Source of the DNA: Bauldia sp.
GTDB taxonomy: Bacteria; Pseudomonadota; Alphaproteobacteria; Rhizobiales; Kaistiaceae
Reading direction: 5' to 3'
DNA: 60,096 nucleotides
NCBI GenBank assembly: GCA_040878485.1
Contig: JBBDMC010000215.1
Span: 1-60,096 of the forward strand
A program made the position numbers and the translations under genes. The notes below the pieces were generated by a model, which had not been told where the DNA came from, did no database searches, and was given only the letters and a program-made list of their open reading frames with translations. Shown here piece by piece: positions 35,730 to 45,472 of the stretch (within the stretch, counting starts at the first letter, position 1; every line of letters starts with the position of its first letter).

Positions 35730-36901
35730 TCGATACCGTGGACGAGGAGGAACGCCCGCATGCGCCGGACGGCCAACTCAGGATCGGCAAGCAGGCGAGC
35801 TCGGTCGGCGAGGCGGAACACTTCGGCGAGATGGACGAGGGAGCGGGCGCTCTCCTGTCCGCCGACCATGACGAAATGATCTTGATGGCCATTCAGCCAG
35901 GCCAGGAAGACCACGCCGGTCTTGTAGAAGCGCGTCGGCGCCGCGAAGATCAGCCGTGAGAGCGGCACCGTCGGGCCGAGGATCTGGCGGAACCCACCCT
36001 TATCGCCTGCGGCAAGGCGGCCGAGCGCGGTCGCCGCCGCGGGCGCGATCGCATCGAAGATGCCAAGCAGGGCGTGAGAGTACCCTTCCGCGTCGCCGAG
36101 GATCAGGTCGGCGAAGTTGAAGTCGTCGCCCGTATACATGCGGACGGCCGCCGGCAACCGGCGCCGCATCTCCACTTCCCGAGCGGCGTCGAGCAGCGAT
36201 ATCTTGATGCCGTCGACCTTGCCGGGATTGGCGCGGATGACGTCAAGGCAGGTCGCCATTGCCGCACCGATGTCCTTCGAGCCCCAGTAACCGGCGAGCT
36301 GCGGGTCGAACATGTCGCCGAGCCAGTGAAGAATTGCCGGCTCACGAAGCTGGCGGAGCAGGCGATCATAGACCTTGAGGTAGTCGTCGGGCGAACGCGC
36401 CACGCGGGCAAGCGCGCGACTTGCCATCAGGATAACGTGCGAACCGGCCGCCTCGATCGCCTCGATCTGCTCCTCGTAGGCGCCGATCACGTCGTCGATC
36501 GAATGCGCGGCTGAAGGGTCGAGATGATCAGTTCCCGCCCCGCTTGCCAACCGCCGGTGCCCATCGGCCTTCGCCGTGGAAGCCGACCGGCGGATCAACG
36601 CCAAGGCGTTCTGCCAGTCGAGCCCCATGCCGCGCTGCGCGGTATCCATTGCCTCGGCGACCGAAAAGCCGAGGCCCCAGAGGTAACGGCGGTAGCCAAT
36701 TGTCGCGTCCCAATCGATGGCTGCCGCCAGCCACGGGTCGGCCGGCGAGCGCGGATCGGCAACGACGTGGGCGGCGGCGAAGGCGACGCGGTTGAAGGCG
36801 GCGTCGGCTGTCCGTGGGAACGGACTTGGCTCCCCGATGGGCCAGGATTCCAGTCGTCCATCGACGGTCGGCAGTCGCAGGCCATGGGCGAAAGCATCCA
36901 T
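35726..36901 (-). CDS. DUF993-family protein (distant DapA/TIM-barrel-like), function unknown
   Basis: 391 aa. Its sequence, and its context with Gfo/Idh/MocA and TIM-barrel genes, match the DUF993 family as I recall it. Confidence 0.7.
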   Translation of the reverse strand: MDAFAHGLRLPTVDGRLESWPIGEPSPFPRTADAAFNRVAFAAAHVVADPRSPADPWLAAAIDWDATIGYRRYLWGLGFSVAEAMDTAQRGMGLDWQNALALIRRSASTAKADGHRRLASGAGTDHLDPSAAHSIDDVIGAYEEQIEAIEAAGSHVILMASRALARVARSPDDYLKVYDRLLRQLREPAILHWLGDMFDPQLAGYWGSKDIGAAMATCLDVIRANPGKVDGIKISLLDAAREVEMRRRLPAAVRMYTGDDFNFADLILGDAEGYSHALLGIFDAIAPAAATALGRLAAGDKGGFRQILGPTVPLSRLIFAAPTRFYKTGVVFLAWLNGHQDHFVMVGGQESARSLVHLAEVFRLADRARLLADPELAVRRMRAFLLVHGIE

Positions 36902-36907
36902 GCCGTC

Positions 36908-38101
36908 TCACCCGATAGCGAGGCGAGGCGAAGGGCGCCCTTGCTCACGATCGGCCGCCAGCTCCGGTATGTCGATCCAGCGGCGCTCGCGCCAGCTCTG
37001 GTGTGCGGCCTCGACAAGCTGCAGTCCTTTGGCGCCCTCGCGCAGCGAATAGTCCCACGGCGCCTCCTCGGCGACGTGGCCGATGAACATTTCCCACTGA
37101 CGGCGGAAGCCGTTCGGATAGGTCTGCGTCTCAGGAAGTTCCTGCCAATCGGCGTGAAAGTCGCGCGTCTGTTTCTGATCGGGGTTCCATACCGGTCGCG
37201 GCGTGGCGACACGCGGCTGCACCTTGCAAGTCGTCAGTCCCGCAACTGCCGAGCCATGGGTGCCGTCGACCTGGAAGACGACCAAGTCGTCACGATAGAC
37301 GCGCGTGGCCCACGACGAATTTATGGTCGCGATGACCCCGCCATCGAGTTCGAAAGTCGAGAAGGCGGCGTCCTCGGCCGTCGCCGCGTACGGCTGCCCG
37401 TTCTCGTCCCAGCGCTCGGGAATGTGGGTGACACCGAGGCACGAGACGCTCCTCACCGCGCCGAAGACGTGGTCGAGCACGTAACGCCAGTGGCAGAGCA
37501 TGTCGAGAACGATGCCACCACCGTCTTCGCTGCGGTAGTTCCAAGACGGTCGCTGGATCGGCTGAAGGTCGCCCTCGAAGACCCAGTACCCGAACTCGCA
37601 GCGTACGGTGAGCAAGCGACCGAAGAAGCCGGAATTGCGCAGCATGGCAAGCTTCAAAAGGCCGGGCAGAAAGAGCTTGTCCATGACCACGCCGTTCTTG
37701 ACGCCGGCCTTCTCGGCCAGCGTCGCCACCCGCAAGGCGTCGGCAAGCGTGGTCGCGGTCGGCTTCTCGCAGTAGACGTGCTTGCCGGCGGCGATCGCGC
37801 GGGTCAGCAGCGCAGGCCGCATCTGAGTGGTGCCGGCGTCGAAGAAGACCTCGTCGTCGCCGTTGGCAAGGGCGCCGTCGAGGTCCGTCGTCCAGCGCTC
37901 GATGCCGTGAGCGCGGGCGAGTGCCTCGGTCTTGTCGGCATTACGGCCGACGAGGATCGGGTCCGGCATGATGCGGTTGCCGTCGCCGAGACGGACGCCG
38001 CCGTCGGCACGGATCGCCAAGATCGACCGGATCAGGTGCTGGTTGGTCCCCATGCGGCCGGTCACACCGTGCATGATGATGCCGAGACGCCGGACGGCCA
38101 T
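36908..38101 (-). CDS. Gfo/Idh/MocA-family oxidoreductase
   Basis: LGIIMHGVTGRMG N-terminus and CEKP motif. ATG at 38101; the track ORF starts further upstream, at 38152. Confidence 0.85.
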   Translation of the reverse strand: MAVRRLGIIMHGVTGRMGTNQHLIRSILAIRADGGVRLGDGNRIMPDPILVGRNADKTEALARAHGIERWTTDLDGALANGDDEVFFDAGTTQMRPALLTRAIAAGKHVYCEKPTATTLADALRVATLAEKAGVKNGVVMDKLFLPGLLKLAMLRNSGFFGRLLTVRCEFGYWVFEGDLQPIQRPSWNYRSEDGGGIVLDMLCHWRYVLDHVFGAVRSVSCLGVTHIPERWDENGQPYAATAEDAAFSTFELDGGVIATINSSWATRVYRDDLVVFQVDGTHGSAVAGLTTCKVQPRVATPRPVWNPDQKQTRDFHADWQELPETQTYPNGFRRQWEMFIGHVAEEAPWDYSLREGAKGLQLVEAAHQSWRERRWIDIPELAADREQGRPSPRLAIG

Positions 38102-38151
38102 GGGTGGGCGCAATTCCTCTTGCGGTCGGCCACGCGATTTCGCGGCGGCCA

Positions 38152-38169
38152 AGTAACAGGATAGTTACT
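38152..38169. promoter_or_regulatory. Candidate TetR operator in the divergent promoter region
   Basis: Perfect inverted repeat AGTAAC-aggata-GTTACT between the oxidoreductase operon start (38101) and the tetR start (38271). Confidence 0.45.
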
Positions 38170-38270
38170 ATTGCCGGACGGCGAGGCTGTCAATTGCGTC
38201 GCGGCACGCCGTCGTCAAAGGCTTCGGCTTGTGAGTCGGGGCGGCGTATGCGATCAGCGAGGCTCAGGAA

Positions 38271-38981
38271 ATGGGCCGGCCGGCCGGCGAGGCGCGCTTG
38301 GTTAACAGCGAAATCCATGGACGGGCCACAGCGGGGCTGAAACGCCAGGCGAAGCGGCCGGCGCAGCGGACGCGTAATCCGGAGCTGACCAAGCGCGACA
38401 TTCTCGTTGCCGCACGGGAGGAATTCTGCGAGCACGGCCTCGATGGGGCGCGCGTCGACCGGATCGCCAAACGTGCCGCCGCCAACAAACGGCTGCTCTA
38501 TCACTACTTCGGCAACAAGGAGGCGCTCTATTCGGCGGTGCTGCTCGACGCCTACCGCGAGATTCGCCAGGGCGAGCTCAAACTGCACCTCGGCGATCTG
38601 CCGCCCGTCGAGGCCATGCGCAAGCTGGTCGAATTCACCTTCGACCACTTCCGCCGGCATCCTTGGTTCATCCGGCTGCTGTCGACCGAGAACATCCTGC
38701 GCGCCGAATACGTCCGGCGCATCGCCGAGATCCCGCGCATGCATTCGCCGATCGTCGGCCTGTTACGCAGCGTCCTAGCGGCCGGACAGGAACGCGGGGA
38801 TTTCCGCGACGGCGTCGATCCGGTCCACCTCTACATCTCGATCGCCGGGCTCAGCTACTTCTTCTTCTCCAACACCCATACTCTGTCGGTTATCTTCAAC
38901 GTCGCGCTCCAGTCGAAGGAGCAGATGAGCCTGCGGCGACGTCACGCGGTCGAGGTGATCCTCGGCTACCTGCGGGTGTGA
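38271..38981 (+). CDS. TetR/AcrR-family transcriptional regulator
   Basis: TetR HTH: TKRDILVAAREEFCEHGLDGARVDRIAKRAAANKRLLYHYFGNKEALY. Confidence 0.85.
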   Translation: MGRPAGEARLVNSEIHGRATAGLKRQAKRPAQRTRNPELTKRDILVAAREEFCEHGLDGARVDRIAKRAAANKRLLYHYFGNKEALYSAVLLDAYREIRQGELKLHLGDLPPVEAMRKLVEFTFDHFRRHPWFIRLLSTENILRAEYVRRIAEIPRMHSPIVGLLRSVLAAGQERGDFRDGVDPVHLYISIAGLSYFFFSNTHTLSVIFNVALQSKEQMSLRRRHAVEVILGYLRV

Positions 38982-39017
38982 GAATCGCCGGCCAGGCGAA
39001 ATGCGACCTTGCCTGCA

Positions 39018-39035
39018 AATAACCAACGAGTTACT
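39018..39035. promoter_or_regulatory. Second candidate TetR operator, upstream of the ABC operon
   Basis: AATAAC-caacga-GTTACT. It has the same 6-nt spacing and 11 of 12 half-site positions as 38152-38169. It lies 73 nt upstream of the SBP start. Confidence 0.4.
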
Positions 39036-39107
39036 TTGCGGCGAGGCCGCCTGGCGGTGGCCGTTGTTCAGGGATGAAACGCAACCGAATATCGGGAGGG
39101 GACTGAC

Positions 39108-40397
39108 ATGAGCAACCGCATTACGCGGCGTGGATTCAACGGCCTGCTGGCGTCCGGCGCCTCGGCGGCGATTCTCGCCTCCACTGGCCGGCTCGCCTTA
39201 GCAGACGAGCGCCTGCGCCTCATCTGGTGGGGCAACCCCGAGCGCGACAAGCGCACTCTGGCGGTCGTCGATCTCTATCAAAAGGCCAACGCCGGCATCA
39301 CGGTCGACCCGGAGAACTACGCCTGGGGCGACTATTGGCAGAAGCTCGCCACGCAGGCCGCCGGCAAGAACCTGCCTGACGTCATCCAGATGGACTACCG
39401 CTATATCTTCGAGTACGCGCGGCGCGGCCAGCTTGCCGATTTGACGCCGTTCGTTGGCAAGGAACTCGATCTCGCAGACTTCGATCCGAATCAGCTCGAC
39501 TCGGGCAAGGTCGACGGCAAGGTGTACGGCGTGTCGATGGGCGCCAACTCGATGTCGTGGGTCTACAACAAGACAGTGCTCGACCGGATCGGAGGCGAGC
39601 TGCCGGACCAAACCAAATGGACGTACGACGACTTCGTCGCGATCGGCAACGACCTGAAGGGCAAGCTGCCCGAGGGCATGTACTTCGTGGCCGAGCGTGC
39701 CAGTCAGGAAAACATGCTCCAGACGTGGGTCCGGCAGCGGGGCAAAGAACTATACACCGACGACGGACAGCTCGCGTTCGACGTGCAGGATCTGGAAGAC
39801 TTCTGGGCCTTTTACTTCATGCTGCAGAAGACCGGTCTGACCCCACCGGCGGACATCATGGCGATGGACACCGGCAAGATGGAGGAGAACGGCCTCATCG
39901 TCGGCAACACGCTATTCAACTTCCACCACTCCAACCAGTTCGTGGCCGCGCAAAACCTCGCCAAGGACGAGTTCGCCATCGTCATGATCCCCAATCAGGC
40001 CGGCGGCCGGGCGGGTCAGTATCTCAAGCCGTCCATGTTCCTGTCGATGGCCGCCAACTCGCCGGACCCGTCGGCCGCGGCGAAGCTGCTGAACTTCTTC
40101 ATCACCGACGAGGAAGCCAATGACATCCTGCTGATCGAGCGCGGTGTCACCGGCGATGCCAGCATCCGCGAGCGCGTCTCCGAGGTTCTGACCGACACCG
40201 AGAAGAAGATCATCGCCTATCTGAACGTCGTATCGACCCACGTCAGTCCGCTGCCGCCGCCACCGCCCAAGGGCGCCGGCGAAATCGACAGGGCCATTCG
40301 ACCGGCTTGGGAAGCGATCGCGTTTGGACAGAAGAGCGTCAAGGACGCGGCGAAGGAGTTCTACGAGTTCGCCAAGACGACGCTCGCCCGCGCCTGA
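39108..40397 (+). CDS. CUT1 (family 1) sugar ABC transporter substrate-binding protein
   Basis: Tat-type signal (RRGFNGLLASGASAAILA). Family-1 SBP pattern. GGGAGGGG ribosome-binding site. Confidence 0.9.
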   Translation: MSNRITRRGFNGLLASGASAAILASTGRLALADERLRLIWWGNPERDKRTLAVVDLYQKANAGITVDPENYAWGDYWQKLATQAAGKNLPDVIQMDYRYIFEYARRGQLADLTPFVGKELDLADFDPNQLDSGKVDGKVYGVSMGANSMSWVYNKTVLDRIGGELPDQTKWTYDDFVAIGNDLKGKLPEGMYFVAERASQENMLQTWVRQRGKELYTDDGQLAFDVQDLEDFWAFYFMLQKTGLTPPADIMAMDTGKMEENGLIVGNTLFNFHHSNQFVAAQNLAKDEFAIVMIPNQAGGRAGQYLKPSMFLSMAANSPDPSAAAKLLNFFITDEEANDILLIERGVTGDASIRERVSEVLTDTEKKIIAYLNVVSTHVSPLPPPPPKGAGEIDRAIRPAWEAIAFGQKSVKDAAKEFYEFAKTTLARA

Positions 40398-40416
40398 CGC
40401 GGGAGCGACGGGCTCC

Positions 40417-41385
40417 GTGGCCACCACGGCCTATGAAGCAACACTGGCCGGGCGGCGCCTTGCGGCGTCGCCCGGCCTCGGCAAGCGCATCGCCGCCTCC
40501 TGGCGGCGCAACCGCGCCGGCTATCTGTTTCTCGCGCCCTGGCTTGTCGGGTTCTTCGGGCTGACGCTCGGGCCGACCATCGCCTCGCTCTATCTCTCAT
40601 TCACCGACTACGACCTGCTGACGCCAGCGCGCTGGGCCGGCTTCGAGAACTACGACTATGCACTGTTCCGCGACCAGCGCCTCGGCCACGCTCTATCGGT
40701 GACGTTTCACTTCGTTTTGTGGTCGGTGCCGCTGAAGCTCACCGTCGCGCTGGCGCTCGCCATGGCGCTCGACCGCAGCGTGCGCGGCGTCACCATCTAT
40801 CGGGCCACCTTCTACCTGCCGTCGTTGCTCGGCGCCTCCGTTGCCGTCGCCATGCTGTGGCGCCAGATCTTCGGCGCCGAGGGACTGATCAACCAGCTTC
40901 TGCTGTTGGTGTTCGGCTTTTCCGGCCCGTCCTGGGTTACCCACCCCGACTACGCTCTGTGGACGCTGGTGGTGCTCGCCATCTGGCAGTTCGGCTCGCC
41001 GATGATCATCTTTCTCGCCGGGCTGCGTCAGATACCCCAGGAGCTTTACGAGGCCGCGGCAATGGATGGCGCACGGCCGCTCCGCCAGTTCTTCCGCATC
41101 ACGTTGCCGCTGCTGGCGCCGGTCATCTTCTTCAATCTCGTGTTGCAGACCATCGAGGCCTTCAAGGCCTTTACCCAGGCCTTCATCGTCTCGGGCGGCA
41201 CCGGCGGACCGGTCGATTCGACGATGTTCTACACCCTCTATCTCTATCTTGAGGCCTTCGCCAATTTCCGCATGGGATACGCATCGGCCCTCGCCTGGCT
41301 GCTGCTCATCATCATCGGCATCTTCACCGGCATCGCCTTCCTGTCTTCGCGCTATTGGGTCTACTACGAGGACGAGGGTCGCTAG
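40417..41385 (+). CDS. CUT1 sugar ABC transporter permease
   Basis: MalF/UgpA-like (YLFLAPWLVGFFGLTLGP; EAA loop EAAAMDGA). In-frame GTG at 40417. Confidence 0.85.
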   Translation: MATTAYEATLAGRRLAASPGLGKRIAASWRRNRAGYLFLAPWLVGFFGLTLGPTIASLYLSFTDYDLLTPARWAGFENYDYALFRDQRLGHALSVTFHFVLWSVPLKLTVALALAMALDRSVRGVTIYRATFYLPSLLGASVAVAMLWRQIFGAEGLINQLLLLVFGFSGPSWVTHPDYALWTLVVLAIWQFGSPMIIFLAGLRQIPQELYEAAAMDGARPLRQFFRITLPLLAPVIFFNLVLQTIEAFKAFTQAFIVSGGTGGPVDSTMFYTLYLYLEAFANFRMGYASALAWLLLIIIGIFTGIAFLSSRYWVYYEDEGR

Positions 41386-42246
41386 ATGGCGTTCGTTTCC
41401 GCGACGACGAAATCCGGCCGCCTCTCTTCGGTCGTGCGCCACTGCCTGCTGGCCGCCGCTGCCTTCGCGATGCTCTACCCGCTGCTGTGGATGGTCGGCG
41501 GCTCGTTCAAGCCGGAATCCTTGATTTTCTCCGATCCCGGCGCGCTGCCGACGAGCTTCGACCTCAGCAACTATGTTGAGGGCTGGAACGCGCTGAGGGT
41601 CAGCTTCACCACCTTCTACAAGAACTCCTTCGTCATCGCCGCACTGGCGGTGATCGGCAATCTCAGCGCCTGCTCGCTCACCGCCTATGCCTTTGCCCGC
41701 CTCGAATTCCGCCTCAAATGGATGTGGTTCGCTTTGATGCTCGGCACGCTGATGCTGCCCTATCACGTCACGCTGGTGCCGCAATACATCCTGTTCCTCA
41801 AACTCGAATGGGTGAACACGTTCCTGCCCCTGGTGGTCCCCAAATTCCTCGCCGTCGATTCCTTTTTCATCTTCCTCATGGTGCAGTTCTTCCGCGGCAT
41901 CCCGCGCGAGATCGACGAGGCGGCGATCATGGACGGCTGCGGGCCGTGGCGCATCTACTGGCGGATCATGCTGCCGCTGTCGACGCCGGTCATGGCGACG
42001 GCGGCCATCTTCTCGTTCATCTGGACCTACGACGATTTTCTCGGGCCGCTGATCTATTTGAACGACATGCGCCAATGGACGGTGCCGTTGGCGCTCCGTG
42101 CCTTCATCGATTCGAGCGGCGGCGAGTCGCTGTACGGCGAGATGTTCGCCATGTCGGCGCTGTCGCTGGTTCCGGTCTTCGCCGTCTTCCTCGCCTTTCA
42201 GCGGCTGATCATCCGAGGCGTTGCCCTCGGGGCTCTCAAGCGCTGA
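41386..42246 (+). CDS. CUT1 sugar ABC transporter permease
   Basis: MalG/UgpE-like (EAA loop DEAAIMDGCGPWRIYWRI). Confidence 0.9.
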   Translation: MAFVSATTKSGRLSSVVRHCLLAAAAFAMLYPLLWMVGGSFKPESLIFSDPGALPTSFDLSNYVEGWNALRVSFTTFYKNSFVIAALAVIGNLSACSLTAYAFARLEFRLKWMWFALMLGTLMLPYHVTLVPQYILFLKLEWVNTFLPLVVPKFLAVDSFFIFLMVQFFRGIPREIDEAAIMDGCGPWRIYWRIMLPLSTPVMATAAIFSFIWTYDDFLGPLIYLNDMRQWTVPLALRAFIDSSGGESLYGEMFAMSALSLVPVFAVFLAFQRLIIRGVALGALKR

Positions 42247-42255
42247 CTCGTTTGC

Positions 42256-43302
42256 ATGCCGACCTCACCGGGTTTCGCGTTCTCCGTGATCGGCATCAAT
42301 CACGGGCACATCTACGGCCAGGTCCAGGTGATGCTCGACGCCGGCTGCCGGCTGAAGTCGTTTCTGGCGCCGGAGGACGATCTCGCGGCCGCCTTTATGA
42401 AGGCGTTTCCCACCGCGCGGCGGGTTGCCGACGAGCGCGCCATTCTCGACGACGGCGAGACAAGGCTCGTCGTCGGCGCCGGCATCCTCGCCGACCGCGC
42501 GCCGATGGCGGTCAAAGCGATGCGCGCCGGCAAGGACGTGATGCTGGACAAGCCGGGCGCCACCAGCCTCGACCAGTTGGCCGAGCTGCGCCGCGCCCAG
42601 GCTGGGACCGGGCGCATACTCTCCATCCTCTATTCCGAGCACTACACCCAGCCGGCGACCGTCGCCGCCGGCGATCTGGTCAAAGCCGGGGCCATTGGTC
42701 GTGTCATCAGCACCGTCGGGCTTGGCCCGCATCGCATCGGCAACTATCCACGCCCCGAGTGGTTCTATCGGCGCGAGCGCACTGGCGGCATCCTCTGCGA
42801 CATCGGCTCGCATCAGGTCGAGCAGTTCCTGTTCTTCACCGACAGCGCCGAAGCCGAAGTGATATCGAGCCAGATCGCGAACTTCGATCATCCCGGAACG
42901 CCGGAGTTCGAGGACTTCGGCCAGATGGTGATCGCTTCGGATCGCGCCACCGGCTTCATCCGGGTCGATTGGTTCACACCCGACAGCCTGCCAGCATGGG
43001 GCGACGGCCGATTGTTCCTGGTCGGCACCGAGGGCACCATCGAGTTACGCAAGTACGTCGACGTTGCCGGCCGGGCGGGCGGCGACCACCTCCTTATCGT
43101 CAACCGCGATGGCGTCCGCCACGTCGACTGCGCCTCGACCAGGATCACCTACGGCGAGCGGCTGCGCGACGACGTCGGCAACCGCACCGAAAGCGCAATG
43201 CCGCAGGCGCACTGCTTCTTGGCCATGGAGCTGGCGCTCGTCGCCCAGGCGAGGGCGACGCGCATCGGCGGCGGGCGGCCGACGCCGGGCGCCCGCCGAT
43301 GA
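42256..43302 (+). CDS. Gfo/Idh/MocA-family oxidoreductase
   Basis: Oxidoreductase N- and C-terminal domain pattern (VIGINHGH; MLDKPG in place of EKP). Confidence 0.8.
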   Translation: MPTSPGFAFSVIGINHGHIYGQVQVMLDAGCRLKSFLAPEDDLAAAFMKAFPTARRVADERAILDDGETRLVVGAGILADRAPMAVKAMRAGKDVMLDKPGATSLDQLAELRRAQAGTGRILSILYSEHYTQPATVAAGDLVKAGAIGRVISTVGLGPHRIGNYPRPEWFYRRERTGGILCDIGSHQVEQFLFFTDSAEAEVISSQIANFDHPGTPEFEDFGQMVIASDRATGFIRVDWFTPDSLPAWGDGRLFLVGTEGTIELRKYVDVAGRAGGDHLLIVNRDGVRHVDCASTRITYGERLRDDVGNRTESAMPQAHCFLAMELALVAQARATRIGGGRPTPGARR

Positions 43303-44384
43303 GCCGCCGCCTCAAGGTCGGCGTTGCCGGCGGCGGCGTCGGCGCTGCGCACGTCGCCGCCTATCTGGAACTGCCCGAGCTCTACTCCGTCGAGGCGTTT
43401 TGCGATATCGATCCGGCCAAAGCCAGGGCGGTCGCCGAGCAGCACCAGGTGCCCAAGTCGCTGACGTCGTTTGCGGCGCTGCTCGACCTCGACCTCGACG
43501 TCGTCGACATCGCCACCCCCTCTAGCCTCCACTTCAGCCAAGCGGTCGCCGCGCTGAAGGCCGGTCGCAACGTGGTCTTGGAGAAGCCGGTGGCGAGCTG
43601 CCTGGCCGACGTCGACGAGCTGAAACGGGTTGAAGCGGCGTCGGGAAAGCGCGTCGTGCCGATCTTCCAGTACCGTTTCGGCAATGGCCTGGCGCGGCTG
43701 AAGCACCTGATCGCCAAGGGCGTCGCCGGCAAGCCGCTGGTCGCCACCGCCGAGACCCACTGGCGCCGGACCGCCGCCTACTACGCCGCCGCCGGCTGGC
43801 GCGGGACGTGGGCGGGCGAGTTAGGCGGCACCCTTGCCACCCACGCCATCCACATCCACGATCTGCTGATGCAGGTTCTGGGCCCGGTCGCCAGCGTCTA
43901 CGCCCGCACCGCCACTCGGGTGAACGAGGTCGAGACCGAGGATTGCGCCGTGCTGGCGGTCGAATTCGCCGTCGGCGCCTTCGCCACCTCGTCGGTCACG
44001 CTTGGCTCGGAGGATGAGATTTCCCGCCTGCGCTTCTGCTTCGAAGGGCTCACCGCCGAGAGCGGTCGCGATCCCTACAATCCCGCGCACGAGCCGTGGA
44101 CCTTGGTGGCGGCCGACGAGGACGGCCGAAAGCGGATCGACGAGGCGCTGGCCGACTTCGTCCCCGGCCGAGAACGCTGGGTAGGGCAGATGGCGCGGAC
44201 CCACGCTGCCCTAACGCAAGGATACGCTCCGCCGGTTTCTCTCGACGACGGTCGTGCCGCTATCGAGCTGTTGACCGCGGCCTACGATTCCGCCCTCTCC
44301 GGCGAGGCGGTGCGCCTGCCGATCGGGCCCGACCACCGTTTCTACCGGGGCTGGATATCGACGATGACGGAAAGGAAACGCTGA
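43299..44384 (+). CDS. Gfo/Idh/MocA-family oxidoreductase
   Basis: LKVGVAGGGVGAAH N-terminus and LEKP motif. The ATG at 43299 overlaps the upstream stop (ATGA). The track ORF from 41718 is a read-through. Confidence 0.85.
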   Translation: MSRRLKVGVAGGGVGAAHVAAYLELPELYSVEAFCDIDPAKARAVAEQHQVPKSLTSFAALLDLDLDVVDIATPSSLHFSQAVAALKAGRNVVLEKPVASCLADVDELKRVEAASGKRVVPIFQYRFGNGLARLKHLIAKGVAGKPLVATAETHWRRTAAYYAAAGWRGTWAGELGGTLATHAIHIHDLLMQVLGPVASVYARTATRVNEVETEDCAVLAVEFAVGAFATSSVTLGSEDEISRLRFCFEGLTAESGRDPYNPAHEPWTLVAADEDGRKRIDEALADFVPGRERWVGQMARTHAALTQGYAPPVSLDDGRAAIELLTAAYDSALSGEAVRLPIGPDHRFYRGWISTMTERKR

Positions 44385-45472
44385 TGGCTCGCCTCGAGCT
44401 CCGCAACGTGGTCAAGCGCTTCGGATCGGTTGAAATCATCCACGGCATCGACCTCGAGATCAACTCCGGTGAGTTCGTCGTCTTTGTCGGCCCGTCAGGC
44501 TGTGGCAAATCCACCCTGCTCAGGATGATCGCCGGATTGGAGGCGGTGACGGTGGGCGCCGTGGCGATCGACGGCGATGTCGTCAACGATGTCCCCGCCG
44601 CCACGCGCGGCCTGGCCATGGTTTTCCAGTCCTACGCGCTCTACCCGCACATGTCGGTGCGCAAGAACCTCTCGTTTGGCCTGGAAACGATGAGGGCGCC
44701 GAAGGCCGAGATCCGCCGGCGCGTCGCCGAGGCCGCCGATATCCTGCAGATCGGCGAGCTGCTCGACCGCAAGCCGGGCCAGCTCTCCGGCGGCCAGCGC
44801 CAGCGCGTCGCCATCGGTCGCGCGATCGTGCGCGAGCCGAAGATATTCCTGTTCGACGAGCCGCTCTCCAATCTCGACGCCGAGCTCAGGATGCAAATGC
44901 GGGTTGAGATCAACAAGCTGCACCGCCGCCTCGGCACCACCATGATCTTCGTCACCCACGACCAGGTCGAGGCGATGACGCTGGCCGACCGCATCGTGGT
45001 CCTGCGCGCCGGTGTCGTGGAGCAGGTGGGCACGCCGCTCGATCTCTACAACCACCCGGCGAATCTGTTCGTCGCCGGCTTCATCGGTAGCCCACGGATG
45101 AACTTCCTGACCGGCGCCATCGCCGCCAGCGCGGGTGGCGAAATCGAGATGCACCTCGACGCAGGTCCGAAACTGAGACGATCGATCAACGGCGACGGTC
45201 CGGCGCCCGGCCAGAAGGTCACGGTTGGCGTCCGTCCGGAGGACCTGACGGTCCTTGAACCGGCCGAGGCAATGCTCACCGGCGAGGTTCAGATCGCAGA
45301 ACACCTCGGCGGCGAGACATTCGTCTATGTGACGCTGCCGAACGGCGACTCCATCACCGTCGAGATCAAGGGTCAGGCAGCGGTCGAGCCGGGCGAGCAT
45401 ATCGGCCTCGGCTTCGACCCGGCTGCCTACCACGTGTTCACCGCTGATCAGCGGGTGCTCCCGCGATCATGA
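44384..45472 (+). CDS. Sugar ABC transporter ATPase (MalK/UgpC-like)
   Basis: GPSGCGKST, LSGGQRQRVAIGRA and IFVTHDQ motifs. The ATG overlaps the upstream stop. Confidence 0.9.
   Translation: MARLELRNVVKRFGSVEIIHGIDLEINSGEFVVFVGPSGCGKSTLLRMIAGLEAVTVGAVAIDGDVVNDVPAATRGLAMVFQSYALYPHMSVRKNLSFGLETMRAPKAEIRRRVAEAADILQIGELLDRKPGQLSGGQRQRVAIGRAIVREPKIFLFDEPLSNLDAELRMQMRVEINKLHRRLGTTMIFVTHDQVEAMTLADRIVVLRAGVVEQVGTPLDLYNHPANLFVAGFIGSPRMNFLTGAIAASAGGEIEMHLDAGPKLRRSINGDGPAPGQKVTVGVRPEDLTVLEPAEAMLTGEVQIAEHLGGETFVYVTLPNGDSITVEIKGQAAVEPGEHIGLGFDPAAYHVFTADQRVLPRS

Noticed and set aside
38193-38202. The 10-mer ATTGCGTCGC, shared between the tetR divergent region and the rhaD/rhaR palindrome (16903-16912)
   Set aside because: A single 10-nt match in 60 kb of biased-composition DNA on two strands is plausibly chance. 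The two loci have different regulator families.
41718-43298. Upstream 527 codons of the 888-aa ORF 41718..44384
   Set aside because: This part is off-frame read-through across the second permease and the first oxidoreductase gene. Only the part from the ATG at 43299 has Gfo/Idh/MocA character.
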